Positions 51,191-61,175 of a DNA stretch of 64,000 nt are shown here, piece after piece. A model generated the notes under the pieces. It was not told the origin of the DNA. It made no database searches and saw only the letters and a program-made list of their open reading frames with translations. Positions within the stretch are counted from its first letter, which is position 1; every line of letters starts with the position of its first letter. The DNA is from Giardia intestinalis. Its lineage: Eukaryota. The stretch lies in the NCBI GenBank assembly GCA_000002435.2, contig CM018793.1, one strand, 5' to 3'. A program made the position numbers and the translations under genes.

Positions 51191-51278
51191 AGAATGGCGC
51201 TGCATCTTCTTGATTCAAGAAAACATTTACTAGCACATACTGCGAGATTATCAATGCAGATTATGCTATGATAAATAA

Positions 51279-53150
51279 CTAGTCAGTTTCATACTCCACA
51301 CATTCGGGGTTGGTGTCAACAGAGGTCGGTTCCATATTTTTCTGAGAGTTCATAAGACGAGTTTCTGAAGTAACATCGAGTTGTTGAGCTGGCTTACGTC
51401 GAAAAACGAAGAAGAGTCCAACACCAATACACACTAGGAGAACTAGGACAACGATCCCAACGGATGAAGCGAAAATCGTCTTCTTACTCATTCGCACAAT
51501 CTCCTTACATTGCCCATCAGTGGTCAGTTCTCCAGAAGAGCACCGTACGCATACTTCGGTGCTCTCTCCTGATGTAGAATCTGTGCGAAAGCTGCAACTA
51601 GAGCAATCACTAATTGTACAAGGATAGCAGAGAGCCCCCTGCATTCCATATCCAACGCCACAGGCGCTGCACTCACCAGTGGATTGATTGCAATCAATAC
51701 AGTTAGTATCTGGGCAAGCTACAACACAGGCCTTTTCATTTGCATTCCATAGATAGCCGCTAGAACACGTGGCACAAACGTCTCGGTTGTTGGCCAGGCA
51801 CACCAGGCAGTTTGAGATGCTGCAGGAGTCCACGTCTACGTCTGGGGAATTCAATACGCAAACGTCGACCGTCAACGTATAACCGTCCTCGCACGCAACA
51901 CAGATGCTTGCGCTCTTACAGTCGAGGCAGTTCCCGACACAACGTGCACACCTGCCCCCAACAACATAATATCCCTTTTGGCAACGCTTGCAAGTCTCTG
52001 TTCTCTCTGTGACGGTGCAGCTTCTGCAGTTGGGGCTCTGGCATCCATTGACAGGAACGCACTCCTTATTATCGAGCATAAAGCCTGCAGCACACTGAAC
52101 GCACGCTCCATCATCTCCACAGAATCTACAGTCGTCAACAAGGGCCAGTTGATCAGCTGTGCACTTTGTCCCCACACAGTTTGGCCCGCCTTTGCCATCA
52201 GGGCACGGCGTGCAAGAGCCCGTCTCATTGGGACCATAACCATCAATGCAGAGCTGGCACGTTGGTTCGCCTTCTGTACACGTATGGCAGTTATCGTAGC
52301 GGGTCCCAGAACACAACACCGCATTGCATGTAATCCCATCACTCAATCTATTGTCTGGACACGGTGTACAAGTAATGGAGTTACTAGACTCCTTGTAGTA
52401 CCCATCTTTGCAAACTTTGCATGCCCCTGGCTCCAAGATTGCATCTTCAGCTGAGTAGCAAGTCGCACAATTCTCGGATATCTTTCCATTGCATTTAGTC
52501 TTCTCGCAATTGTAGCCACCGGTATTCCCTTGACATTGAACACACTTTCCAAGCTCATTAGGATGAAAGTCGTCGTAACACCGGCTGCAACGATTCGTCC
52601 CAGAAAGACACTCGAGGCAATAGTCTCTGGTTGTGGCCAGACACCTCATCGAAATGCACTCTGGTCCGATTCGGCCATCGGGGCACGCTTCGCACTTATT
52701 GGTCTCTGGAATCAGCTTGTAAGAATCCTTGCAAACTGCACAGGTCCCCTCTGTTGCAGTATCACAAGTCTTACAATTCGTTAGTGCAACCCCATTACAG
52801 ATGAGGTCCTGACACTCATAGCCTCCGGTGCCTTCTGCACACGCACCACAGCCCCCATACCACGTCACATAGTACCCGTCTTCACAAGTCCAGCACCGGT
52901 CTGTGCTACTACATTCTAGACAATTGACACGTGTGGTAAGCCAGCACTTGCGTGTGGAACACCTGGGACCCCATGTACCCTTTGGGCATGGAACGCACTT
53001 GCCCGTTTCCACGTCTAGCTTATAGTCATCCTGGCATATCATGCAGTTATCGGGGTAGTCTGGGACGCACTCGGTGCAGTAGTCAACATCACAACTGGCA
53101 GATGTAGAAGACCGCACCAGAAGAAGCACGACTGACATAGACATCAACAT
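51279..53150 (-). CDS. High-cysteine membrane protein (HCMP), CXXC/CXC-rich ectodomain, single TM, short cytoplasmic tail
   Basis: Signal peptide MLMSMSVVLLLVRSSTSASC (the track start 53177 is TTG; the first ATG is at 53150). Repeated C-x2-C / CxC units. TM IVVLVLLVCIGVGLFFVF followed by RRKP... tail without CRGKA. Confidence 0.8.
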   Translation of the reverse strand: MLMSMSVVLLLVRSSTSASCDVDYCTECVPDYPDNCMICQDDYKLDVETGKCVPCPKGTWGPRCSTRKCWLTTRVNCLECSSTDRCWTCEDGYYVTWYGGCGACAEGTGGYECQDLICNGVALTNCKTCDTATEGTCAVCKDSYKLIPETNKCEACPDGRIGPECISMRCLATTRDYCLECLSGTNRCSRCYDDFHPNELGKCVQCQGNTGGYNCEKTKCNGKISENCATCYSAEDAILEPGACKVCKDGYYKESSNSITCTPCPDNRLSDGITCNAVLCSGTRYDNCHTCTEGEPTCQLCIDGYGPNETGSCTPCPDGKGGPNCVGTKCTADQLALVDDCRFCGDDGACVQCAAGFMLDNKECVPVNGCQSPNCRSCTVTERTETCKRCQKGYYVVGGRCARCVGNCLDCKSASICVACEDGYTLTVDVCVLNSPDVDVDSCSISNCLVCLANNRDVCATCSSGYLWNANEKACVVACPDTNCIDCNQSTGECSACGVGYGMQGALCYPCTISDCSSCSFRTDSTSGESTEVCVRCSSGELTTDGQCKEIVRMSKKTIFASSVGIVVLVLLVCIGVGLFFVFRRKPAQQLDVTSETRLMNSQKNMEPTSVDTNPECVEYETD

Positions 53151-53579
53151 TTTATTGCAATTTTCAGCAAGTAGCAACGTGATAATTTCCCTGTAATCTA
53201 TCGTTGGTTACTACGCGTGGTCTCCAGGGAGCCACCACTAAAGTGGTTGTACTTGTTGTTTACCCAAAACGTAGCCGAGTCTTACATTCTTCCAGTCAAT
53301 AAGTTTGTCAAAATAAAAGCACAACCCTGAAACGTACCGGCCTACTTACAAGCGCGTGCATAATGTGGTCGACGGAGAGCATATGAAGCATAGCTGATGT
53401 CTCCATGCGCGGATCTCTGCTTCGGCGTTAACTAATAACAGCCCCGTACTAAATGAAGGGTGGCCTACTTAACTCTACCAAGGCCAAGATAGCGACATAT
53501 CTCAGATTGGATTTCAGGTCGGAGAGCCGCCGGCGCCGTAGAGCCTGCGGCTAGCTTCTGTAGTGCTGCCTCTCCGAAC

Positions 53580-55176
53580 TATGGGGCACAAGCTGGAGCT
53601 AGGATCCTTATGCACGACAGTTGTCCGTACTTCACCGCAAGATCGAGAGCCGATTGGTCATTCTCATCAACCAAGCCCAGCTCGTAGGGGACGAGATACT
53701 TGACTATGTTTGGATGATCCCACGCCGCAGCGTGCATTAGCGCTGTCCAGCCTAAGAGTCCTGCTCGCCCGCCTCGGCACTTCGTAAAACTTGAACTGCC
53801 TCGACGTGCCCCACCTGCGCTGCAATCATGAGAGACGTCATCTGCTGCTTGATCTCTGTCATCTTTTTTTCATACTCGCCCAGCCACTTCAGGCATCGTA
53901 CGCTTTTCGCGACGATTGCCAGCATCAGTGCTACTGGCTTTCCGATCTCTTGCTTGTTGCTCAGGTGTATATTGCTGGATATGCGTATCCCCGACTCATG
54001 AGGCGCCAGGAGCCGGCATGCCTCTGCACTATCCTTCTCCGCAGCAATCATGAGCGCAGTTCGATCGTCCGGTCTCCGCATCCCCTTCTCACTGGCGATC
54101 AAGTGCTTGATTGCTGGGATGTTATTGCTATACACAGCGATCATCAGGGCTGTGCGTCCATCGTTTGTACGCCGGCGGATGCTATCCTTGTATTGCACCA
54201 GTGGCTCTGCAGAGCGCATTGCTACGGCTATCATCAGCTACGTAAAACCATCTTCCCCCAGCAGGCACTTTTCATGTGTGATAAGCAGCTTCAAGCACGC
54301 AACTCGACCCATCTCTATGGCGTAGCGTGAAGCGCACCAGCTCATACTATCGCGTCTTCCGGCCTGGTACGGTATCAGAATCTTTAATCACGCACAGTCT
54401 CCTTCCCGCGCAGCCAACATCAAGAGAGTTCTACCTGTTACAGATCCCTCGAGAATAGGTATTGGTAGGTCAGCTTCGTACTTACAGAGCCTTTCCATAA
54501 CATTTAGGTTCTTGTTCTCATATGCATGATAGAGGGCAGTCTTTCCTTTGAAGTCGGCAAGACCCTTCTCATAAGGTCCGAGGACATCAATGAGACGCAG
54601 TGACTGGCGGTCAATGCAGTACATAAGAGCGGTCTTCTGGAGAGAATCCTGGACTCCGTGTTCATGCCGTGCCAGGATCATTGCAATGTCGTAGTAGCTT
54701 TTGCGGAGCGCAAGCATAAGTGCTGTGTACCCCTTATCATTACGGCGTTTAGCGTGTGCTTTCCTTAACGAAAAAACAGCATCAGTATCATTATTAGCAA
54801 CTGCTTAGAACAGTGCATCCGGCCCAGGAGCAGAGATAGCCGTGTTCCAAAGTTTCATTATTGGGGCTGAGTAGATGCTGCGCTGTGACTCTCTTGACGT
54901 CGCCCTTGTTCGTCGACCCAGGCAACTAAAGAGTCCCCGAATCAAGAGCGCACTTGGCTCCGAAGGGTCAGGTTGGTCTAGACCGCGAAAATGGCGTGCC
55001 ACTAGTGACTGCGAGGACCTGCAGATGGGAGAATCCTTACCAGGATAAGACAATGGACGCACAATACTGACGCGCGCCCACGAGATTTGGAGATGGGCGG
55101 GCTCACGGGGGTCGATGAGAGAAGTAGCCTGCAACGGGCCAGCCCGCCCCCATTCACAGAAGGGCAAAGCTCGCAC
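53580..55176 (-). pseudogene. Ankyrin-repeat 'protein 21.1' family gene interrupted by three in-frame stops (TAA ~54805, TGA 54388, TAG ~54238) and one frameshift (~53752)
   Basis: Ankyrin consensus (G.TALM.A......) continues across each stop in the same frame, e.g. ...DKGYTALMLALRK, ...KTALMYCI, ...GKTALYHAYENKN, ...GRTLLMLAAREGDCA*LKIL...MGRVACLKLLITHEKCLLGEDGFT*LMIAVAM...GRTALMIAV...RTALMIAAEKD. It then continues in another frame (...TALMHAAAWDHPNIVKYLVPYELGLVDENDQSALDLAVKYGQLSCIRIL). Confidence 0.55.
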
Positions 55177-55661
55177 CAGAGGAGCGGTGTGGGCACAAGA
55201 AGCCCCGTCATGCGCGGGTCACGACGTCGGCTCCGGGTCGGCCAGGGCCAGACTTCGCGCGGCCTGCTGGGAGAGGGCTGGCAATGAAAGTTCAGTTTGC
55301 AAATGCTAGCACCTGTGAAATATAACAGATCACGAGACTTGTCGATATATTCCTAGAAAATAGAATGTGTAAATTTCATTACATTATATGGATCTGCACT
55401 GGTTTGTCTTGATGCAGATAAGTTACGTATATTGAGCCTATGTAAGCTCTTGCCCTGAAGCAACCGATTTCTCGTGGACATAATTCTACCCCAAAAAGTG
55501 ATGATATCATTCAAAATACCCTAATATTTAAAGCTAGCTTAGGATGGTATTGGTACTTACAAATACAATCAATTTTTTGAAAAACGATAACCCAATATTA
55601 TCTAGTGATGCATCCAATCAACAACTCTTGCAGTTTCATATACGCACGAGCTTATATTCAG

Positions 55662-57698
55662 CTACTCTAATTGTTGAAGCCACTCTGGATCATCCAGCTC
55701 GGTTGCATTGGTAATATTGATCTTATAATGCGCCAAAAGGCTCTTCTGGGAGTCTGGATCCACAGTTGTTCCTAGGAGCTCTCTAAGAAACTCTGTGGCA
55801 TATGCAGAAGAAGGTAACGAAAAGCGCAATGCTAAGGACCTATAATCAGTCTTACTATCGCTGATGGTTGAAAATGGTTCCATTGTAGGTACTTCCGAGA
55901 AAACATGGGGCTGTTTCCCTGCTAGAATGTCTATATCTGTTATTCCTAAAATGTCTGTAAGAGACGCATGCCCAATCCAGCACATTTCTAGATCTTTTGG
56001 CATCACTATTAACAAACGTATGTCTCCCACTGGTACAAATGCGCGAAGCAAAGAGGAAAGCTCTTTGGGGACGATGATGCGCCGAGTCATAGTGGAAAGA
56101 AAATCAAAAGACAACCCATTGGGGAGTAACGCATCCTTATATGCCTCGTAGACATCAGCTAGCAGAGACTGGGGAAATTTAGATGCAGCATCTGCTAGTA
56201 ACTGTGTTGTTTTGGTGCCCAATAGAGGAATGGCAAGATCATTAAGAGCATACGTTCCCTTGATAAGATCGTCCGTACTAACTAGGTGAACTTTGTCCCC
56301 TATTCTAGTTGTAGCGCTCCTGACGTATACGGGATCGTTCAGGAGAAGACAGTTTGTCTCCACTTTTCTCTTTCCATTGGCTATTTCATTCTTAATTCTC
56401 GTTATACAACGTGAAGTAGCCAGGTTAAACAGATATGCCTGAAATGCATGAATGTACATAGTTTGCATCGACCTGGGAACGTGCTTTAGAAGAGCTCTCA
56501 GCGGGTCTTTTGCCTCCTTCACTAGGCGAAGAGTCGAAGTAAAGGCACCCATAGACTTTCCAGCATCATCCAACAACTTTGGTAAGCTGTCCTCAAACAT
56601 CTTGGCGTCTTTATTAGCTATAGAGATCATCACATCCTTGAATGAGCTGCAGATAGTGACTGTAGATTTAAGCTTACACTCTATGGAGCTCTTGACTATC
56701 ATCCATAATGCATCGGAATACTGACCCGATAGAATTGCTGCTCCAATACGATGTGTTCCGGTGCTTCTAGAACCGAAGCGCTGATAGCCAAAGTAATTGA
56801 TAAATCCCTGTGATTTTAAGGTAGACAATCTACGACCAATATTTTCCGTTGCTGTGTGAGGAATCCCTCGCAATATCAATTCAAACGAATTGCCCAAATG
56901 AGCTCCTAAATGCAGAGGCTCCGAAGAAAAGGAGAAGTCCCCAACCTGCAGGTACATGCCAGAACTATTGATAGACGTAGCACTCAGTACAGATGGCCAA
57001 ACACCTTTTGCACAGACTCTCTGGACAGTCGCTCCACGCTTGTCCTTCGTGCCTCTGTATGTGAAGTCGTTCACCTTACACCGAAACTGCGGGAGCATCT
57101 TAGCTACCATGCTTATAATAGCTTGCATGGTATCTAGACCTGCTTTCTCCAGAACAAAATGGGTGTATTTCTCAGAAGGGCGCGGAACCCTTGGCTTCTG
57201 AGGCTGAATTTTCAATCTGTATGTTTGCTCTCCATCACCTTCCCCTGGGTCTATCACAGTACTTGTGGCAATGTCAATGCGATTCATACTATTTAGCATA
57301 TTGTGCACAGATCTTCTTGCCTCTTTGCTTGATGGCATGGGGAAGAAGCGTGGTGATGTGGTCTCTAGCGAAACGGAAGAGGGGGCGGAATAAATTGCTG
57401 CTAGCAGCTCGCGATTTTCTGCCGAGAGATAGTCAAGCTCAGGCGCAGTTTGTATGGCTGCAGATAGCTGAACACGTTTTACTTCCGGCTCTGAAAGATA
57501 GTAGTTGTATGCATCCAATTCTGGTTCAACCGGAACTGCTGTTTCCTTCAGCCTTACACATGTTCCATCTAGATCCAGTTCTCGAACGATGAAGTCACTA
57601 TAGTACAGCTTAATAAGGGCTGGAACAGGTGTTACCTGATCAGTTAGGAGGCATGTTACGCCTATGTCAGGTGCATAGGGGGTCAGATTTAGGGTCAT
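55662..57698 (-). CDS. PUS7: Pseudouridine synthase Pus7 (TruD family)
   Basis: N-terminal DFIVRE motif; catalytic TruD motif FTYRGTKDKRGATVQRV; 678 aa; ATG confirmed. Confidence 0.8.
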   Translation of the reverse strand: MTLNLTPYAPDIGVTCLLTDQVTPVPALIKLYYSDFIVRELDLDGTCVRLKETAVPVEPELDAYNYYLSEPEVKRVQLSAAIQTAPELDYLSAENRELLAAIYSAPSSVSLETTSPRFFPMPSSKEARRSVHNMLNSMNRIDIATSTVIDPGEGDGEQTYRLKIQPQKPRVPRPSEKYTHFVLEKAGLDTMQAIISMVAKMLPQFRCKVNDFTYRGTKDKRGATVQRVCAKGVWPSVLSATSINSSGMYLQVGDFSFSSEPLHLGAHLGNSFELILRGIPHTATENIGRRLSTLKSQGFINYFGYQRFGSRSTGTHRIGAAILSGQYSDALWMIVKSSIECKLKSTVTICSSFKDVMISIANKDAKMFEDSLPKLLDDAGKSMGAFTSTLRLVKEAKDPLRALLKHVPRSMQTMYIHAFQAYLFNLATSRCITRIKNEIANGKRKVETNCLLLNDPVYVRSATTRIGDKVHLVSTDDLIKGTYALNDLAIPLLGTKTTQLLADAASKFPQSLLADVYEAYKDALLPNGLSFDFLSTMTRRIIVPKELSSLLRAFVPVGDIRLLIVMPKDLEMCWIGHASLTDILGITDIDILAGKQPHVFSEVPTMEPFSTISDSKTDYRSLALRFSLPSSAYATEFLRELLGTTVDPDSQKSLLAHYKINITNATELDDPEWLQQLE

Positions 57699-57846
57699 TT
57701 TTCTTGGCTTTTTGAGTGACGGCTAGACATACAAAGCTCCTAGTGTCATACAAAGCCTAGAGTTTACATGGAAGGAGGTTATCATGAGATAAAGGAGAGC
57801 CCATAGAGCTCTTTCTGCTCTCTCCAGGGTTGACCAGCCAGATCAT

Positions 57847-59040
57847 CTAGAACATGTCATCTATCATATCTAGCATATTGTTGTCATGTAGCTCATCATT
57901 GTGGTCCAGCTCGATCAACTCCTTAGTTGTCTTGGCCTTTTTCTGGGCATAGCTCGGCAGAATATCTCCATGTGCATACGGATTGCCCCCATTGAGCAAA
58001 TCTAGGTTGAGATCTGTTGCCCGAGTCGCTCGCTGAAGGGCGTTCCGAGCTACACTAAGTCCCTCTGTACTGGCATCATCACCTCCCACGCCTGTAGTCC
58101 CAACGAAACTTGAGGACGCAGAAGCAGCAGCTGTTGTAGGGCATGTGTTGACAAACCACGGGTGCCGGAGACAATCCTGGGCACTGAGACGCTTATTTTG
58201 ATCAAACTCAAACATACGGGAGAGAAGGTTGATGCAGTCTTCCGTGACATTGGGGAATAGATATCGGAGTTTCTCCTGCCTAGACTGCGTAGCGCGCGGA
58301 AACTTGTATCCTATTCGCTCAGCCAATGCATATCCTGCAGGCCAATCCTCTCGCGTAGGTGACCCTAGTGTCGAGGTGATCAGATTGAGCATATCTATAT
58401 CGTTAGCCCCCGGGAACAGAGGCTTCATCAGCAGTATCTCGCAGAGAATGCACGCACATGCCCATATATCGTTCTTTGCGCTGTAGCTTGAATCTTTAAG
58501 GAAAAGCTCCACTGCTCTGTACCATCTTGTTCCCACGTAGACTGTATGTGGAGGACGCTCCAAGAGGGACTTGGCACATCCGAGATCCGCTATCTTGACG
58601 CATCGTGTCCCAGTACCGTCGTCCGAAACAAGAATATTCTCACACTTAAGGTCTCTGTGCATGTAATTATTGCGGTGGATATGCTCCAAGCCTTCTAGGA
58701 TCTGCCTAACTAGGTCCTTTGCTACTAGCTCACTTATCTTGATGCCCGCAGAGCGCTGCTGAACAACGAAGTCGAACAGGTTTCCCGAGTTTATGTACTC
58801 GAAGACAAAATAGAGATCTTCCTTTTGCCGCACGACCTCCATCAGTTTTACGATGTTAGGATGCTCCTTCATTCTAATCAAGGACTTAACCTCCTTGAGA
58901 GTGACACACTCTGACCATGATTTATATTTCTGCTTCATATGCTTGATGGCAACAAGGGTTCCCTTTTTGTTTTCACGCGCTTTGTAAACTGTTCCATAGT
59001 TTCCAGAGCCGAGCTCCGTGATTACAGTGTAGTTTTCCAT
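57847..59040 (-). CDS. CMGC-group Ser/Thr kinase with T-x-Y activation loop (MAK/ICK/RCK- or CDKL-like)
   Basis: LGSGNYGTVYKA; VAIKHMK; HRDLKCENILVS; DLGCAKSLLERPPHTVYVGTRWYRAVELFL (compare MAK PYTDYVSTRWYRAPEVLL); C-terminal non-kinase extension. Confidence 0.7.
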   Translation of the reverse strand: MENYTVITELGSGNYGTVYKARENKKGTLVAIKHMKQKYKSWSECVTLKEVKSLIRMKEHPNIVKLMEVVRQKEDLYFVFEYINSGNLFDFVVQQRSAGIKISELVAKDLVRQILEGLEHIHRNNYMHRDLKCENILVSDDGTGTRCVKIADLGCAKSLLERPPHTVYVGTRWYRAVELFLKDSSYSAKNDIWACACILCEILLMKPLFPGANDIDMLNLITSTLGSPTREDWPAGYALAERIGYKFPRATQSRQEKLRYLFPNVTEDCINLLSRMFEFDQNKRLSAQDCLRHPWFVNTCPTTAAASASSSFVGTTGVGGDDASTEGLSVARNALQRATRATDLNLDLLNGGNPYAHGDILPSYAQKKAKTTKELIELDHNDELHDNNMLDMIDDMF

Positions 59041-59108
59041 GAAGCTTCGCCTTGGAAATTCTAAATTTTAATTTCAGACAGCCTTTTTGAACTTATAAGT
59101 CACTTTTG

Positions 59109-61109
59109 ATGAGTAAGGCACACGCTCAACAGGCAACAAGGCAGCAACTAGATGAGCGTTCGCAGCAGGTGGAGGCCCTCATGGTTCTTTTGACGGAAAA
59201 AGATGATGAGATTTCACAGCTCAAGGGAAGGCTAGTTGACGCCGTTGCATCAGCCAAAGAAGAGCTTAGGTCTGAGGCAGAACAAAAGCTGCGGCAAAAA
59301 TTGGCCATAAAGCTTCATGCAGAGCTACGAGAAAAGATGGCACCAGACGTGCGTGCAGAGCTTAAGGAAGAGCTACGGGCCAATATTCTGACGCAGCTTT
59401 CAGAGCAGCAGATAATCAAGTATCTAGAGAGACCATTAGAAGAGCGCACCAGAGCCATTGAGGCCGAGATGGAGAATCGTATAGCAGAGCAAGTGGAGCA
59501 ACGTCTGCAGAAGGAAGTGGCGGCTCAGGTGGCAAAGGAAAAGGCTGTATTTAGGAATAAGCTCAACGAAGCAGCACGCCCCAAATCTAAAGAGTCAACG
59601 AAGGCCGAGGAACAACGGTTACGTGTGCAAATAGCTAGTCTGGAATCCAAGCATCTCTGTGAGATGCAGACTCTTACCCGCGAGGTCAGTAGCTTAAAAA
59701 AGCGCATTGCGGGGTATGAGACGACTATTGAGCTTCTTCGCAGTCAGAATACTAGTCTTGCAGCAGAACTAAGTGACACCCAGAAGGCACTGAAAATGGC
59801 TGCCGAGAGTCTGGCTGACCAGCATGAGCGAGAAGAACAGCTCAAAAACCAAATACGAACACAGCAGGCTGCGCAGCTTAATGAACCAAGTCCGATAAAT
59901 AACGATCCCCACCACGACTCCGTTGAAGAAGCAGCTTTGGCTGCTAGATCTGTCTCAACACAGGATGGTAACGAGGAGCAGTTCTATTTTATTCACAGTG
60001 CACACTCTGCCCCAGCTGCACCTGGCTTCACGTCTCTATCTCAGGAGTTGGCACCAGCGGTGGACTTGAATACAAACACCGTAGTCTATATTCCAGGAGC
60101 ACTGCATCAATCTTCCAATAACAGTTCTGATTTACCTCCTTCTGAAGAGCCCATTAAAAGAGCAGAAGAAATCTGGACCAGTGAAAACTTTGAGCAAACA
60201 AAGCAGGACATGGAGACAAAGTTACGTAACTCATGCACGAGCAGTAGAGCTGCAGATGAAGACGTTGCCTGCAATCCTGGAGATGAGCCTAAAACAGGAC
60301 CTGCCGAAACTTTTATCCTCCCATTAGTTTCAAATCTACCCGTCCATGTCTCGGGGGACATTGGGTTTAGTGCAGTGGGTGCAGTGAGCATGAGTAGCAG
60401 CACTGGTCTCGATGTTAGCTCTGGTACAAGCACGGGACCGATTGTGGAGCTTCAGCGAAGTGTTACTACTAGCGGCACATTTGGCCAAAGCAGCCTAGCG
60501 GAATACTTGCATAGCAATTCTCTTAACCATGATTCCGCTGGCTTGACCCATGAACCACCGTCTCTAGCCAAAGAACGGCCTGAAGATAAAGCTGTCACTG
60601 AGACGGTCTTGGAGAGGATTTCTCCTGACGTGGTGTTACGGAAAAACGCAGATATATCCGAGCTACAGGCAGCAATGGTTAGGCACTTCACCAACGAGCT
60701 TCGAGAGCAATCTAAGTTCATGGAGTCGTCGCCCTTGCAGATCCCGGACGGACAACTGGGGAGCTTGATCGAATCTGCGATTCAGTTCCTCTTTAAAGTA
60801 TGGGACTACATCGAGGAGGCGTTCGCCCTCAGAAATTCGTGTCTCAATGGAATACGGACTTGTTTAGACCAGGGGTCATTGGACAGCGCCCTGAAGTTGG
60901 CACAGGTTGAGCTTCTGAGATGCAGGAAAGTGAAGGAAGAATTTGGAGACATATTTGAGCTTGTTCGGGAGCGAGAGCTAAAGAAGGCCAACGAGGAGAG
61001 CACTTCGGACATTACCAGTACCCTCCAGGCAGTACTCGAAGATTGTAACACAGAACTGTTGTATCGTGGTTTTCCCTATAGCAACATAATACGTGCCGAA
61101 ACCTCATAG
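59109..61109 (+). CDS. Coiled-coil protein (N-terminal ~280 aa heptad-rich), hypothetical
   Basis: The track start 59106 is TTG and the ATG is at 59109. Long Glu/Lys/Gln/Leu-rich helical N-terminus. No enzymatic motifs. Confidence 0.55.
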   Translation: MSKAHAQQATRQQLDERSQQVEALMVLLTEKDDEISQLKGRLVDAVASAKEELRSEAEQKLRQKLAIKLHAELREKMAPDVRAELKEELRANILTQLSEQQIIKYLERPLEERTRAIEAEMENRIAEQVEQRLQKEVAAQVAKEKAVFRNKLNEAARPKSKESTKAEEQRLRVQIASLESKHLCEMQTLTREVSSLKKRIAGYETTIELLRSQNTSLAAELSDTQKALKMAAESLADQHEREEQLKNQIRTQQAAQLNEPSPINNDPHHDSVEEAALAARSVSTQDGNEEQFYFIHSAHSAPAAPGFTSLSQELAPAVDLNTNTVVYIPGALHQSSNNSSDLPPSEEPIKRAEEIWTSENFEQTKQDMETKLRNSCTSSRAADEDVACNPGDEPKTGPAETFILPLVSNLPVHVSGDIGFSAVGAVSMSSSTGLDVSSGTSTGPIVELQRSVTTSGTFGQSSLAEYLHSNSLNHDSAGLTHEPPSLAKERPEDKAVTETVLERISPDVVLRKNADISELQAAMVRHFTNELREQSKFMESSPLQIPDGQLGSLIESAIQFLFKVWDYIEEAFALRNSCLNGIRTCLDQGSLDSALKLAQVELLRCRKVKEEFGDIFELVRERELKKANEESTSDITSTLQAVLEDCNTELLYRGFPYSNIIRAETS

Positions 61110-61175
61110 GCTACCACAACTCAAGCTGCCTCCACTGGGCACAGCATTTGCAATTAATTGCAAAATTAAAACTGA

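Noticed and set aside
53580-55176. Stop-codon reassignment (TAA/TAG to Gln as in Hexamitinae) to explain readthrough of the ankyrin gene
   Set aside because: A TGA is involved as well. Every confidently identified gene in the window terminates with standard stops embedded in AGTRAAY signals, which is consistent with the standard code.
54805-55176. 123-aa ORF as an independent gene
   Set aside because: It ends exactly at the TAA that interrupts the ankyrin reading frame and continues in-frame into ankyrin repeats. It is more likely the N-terminal region of the disrupted 21.1 gene.
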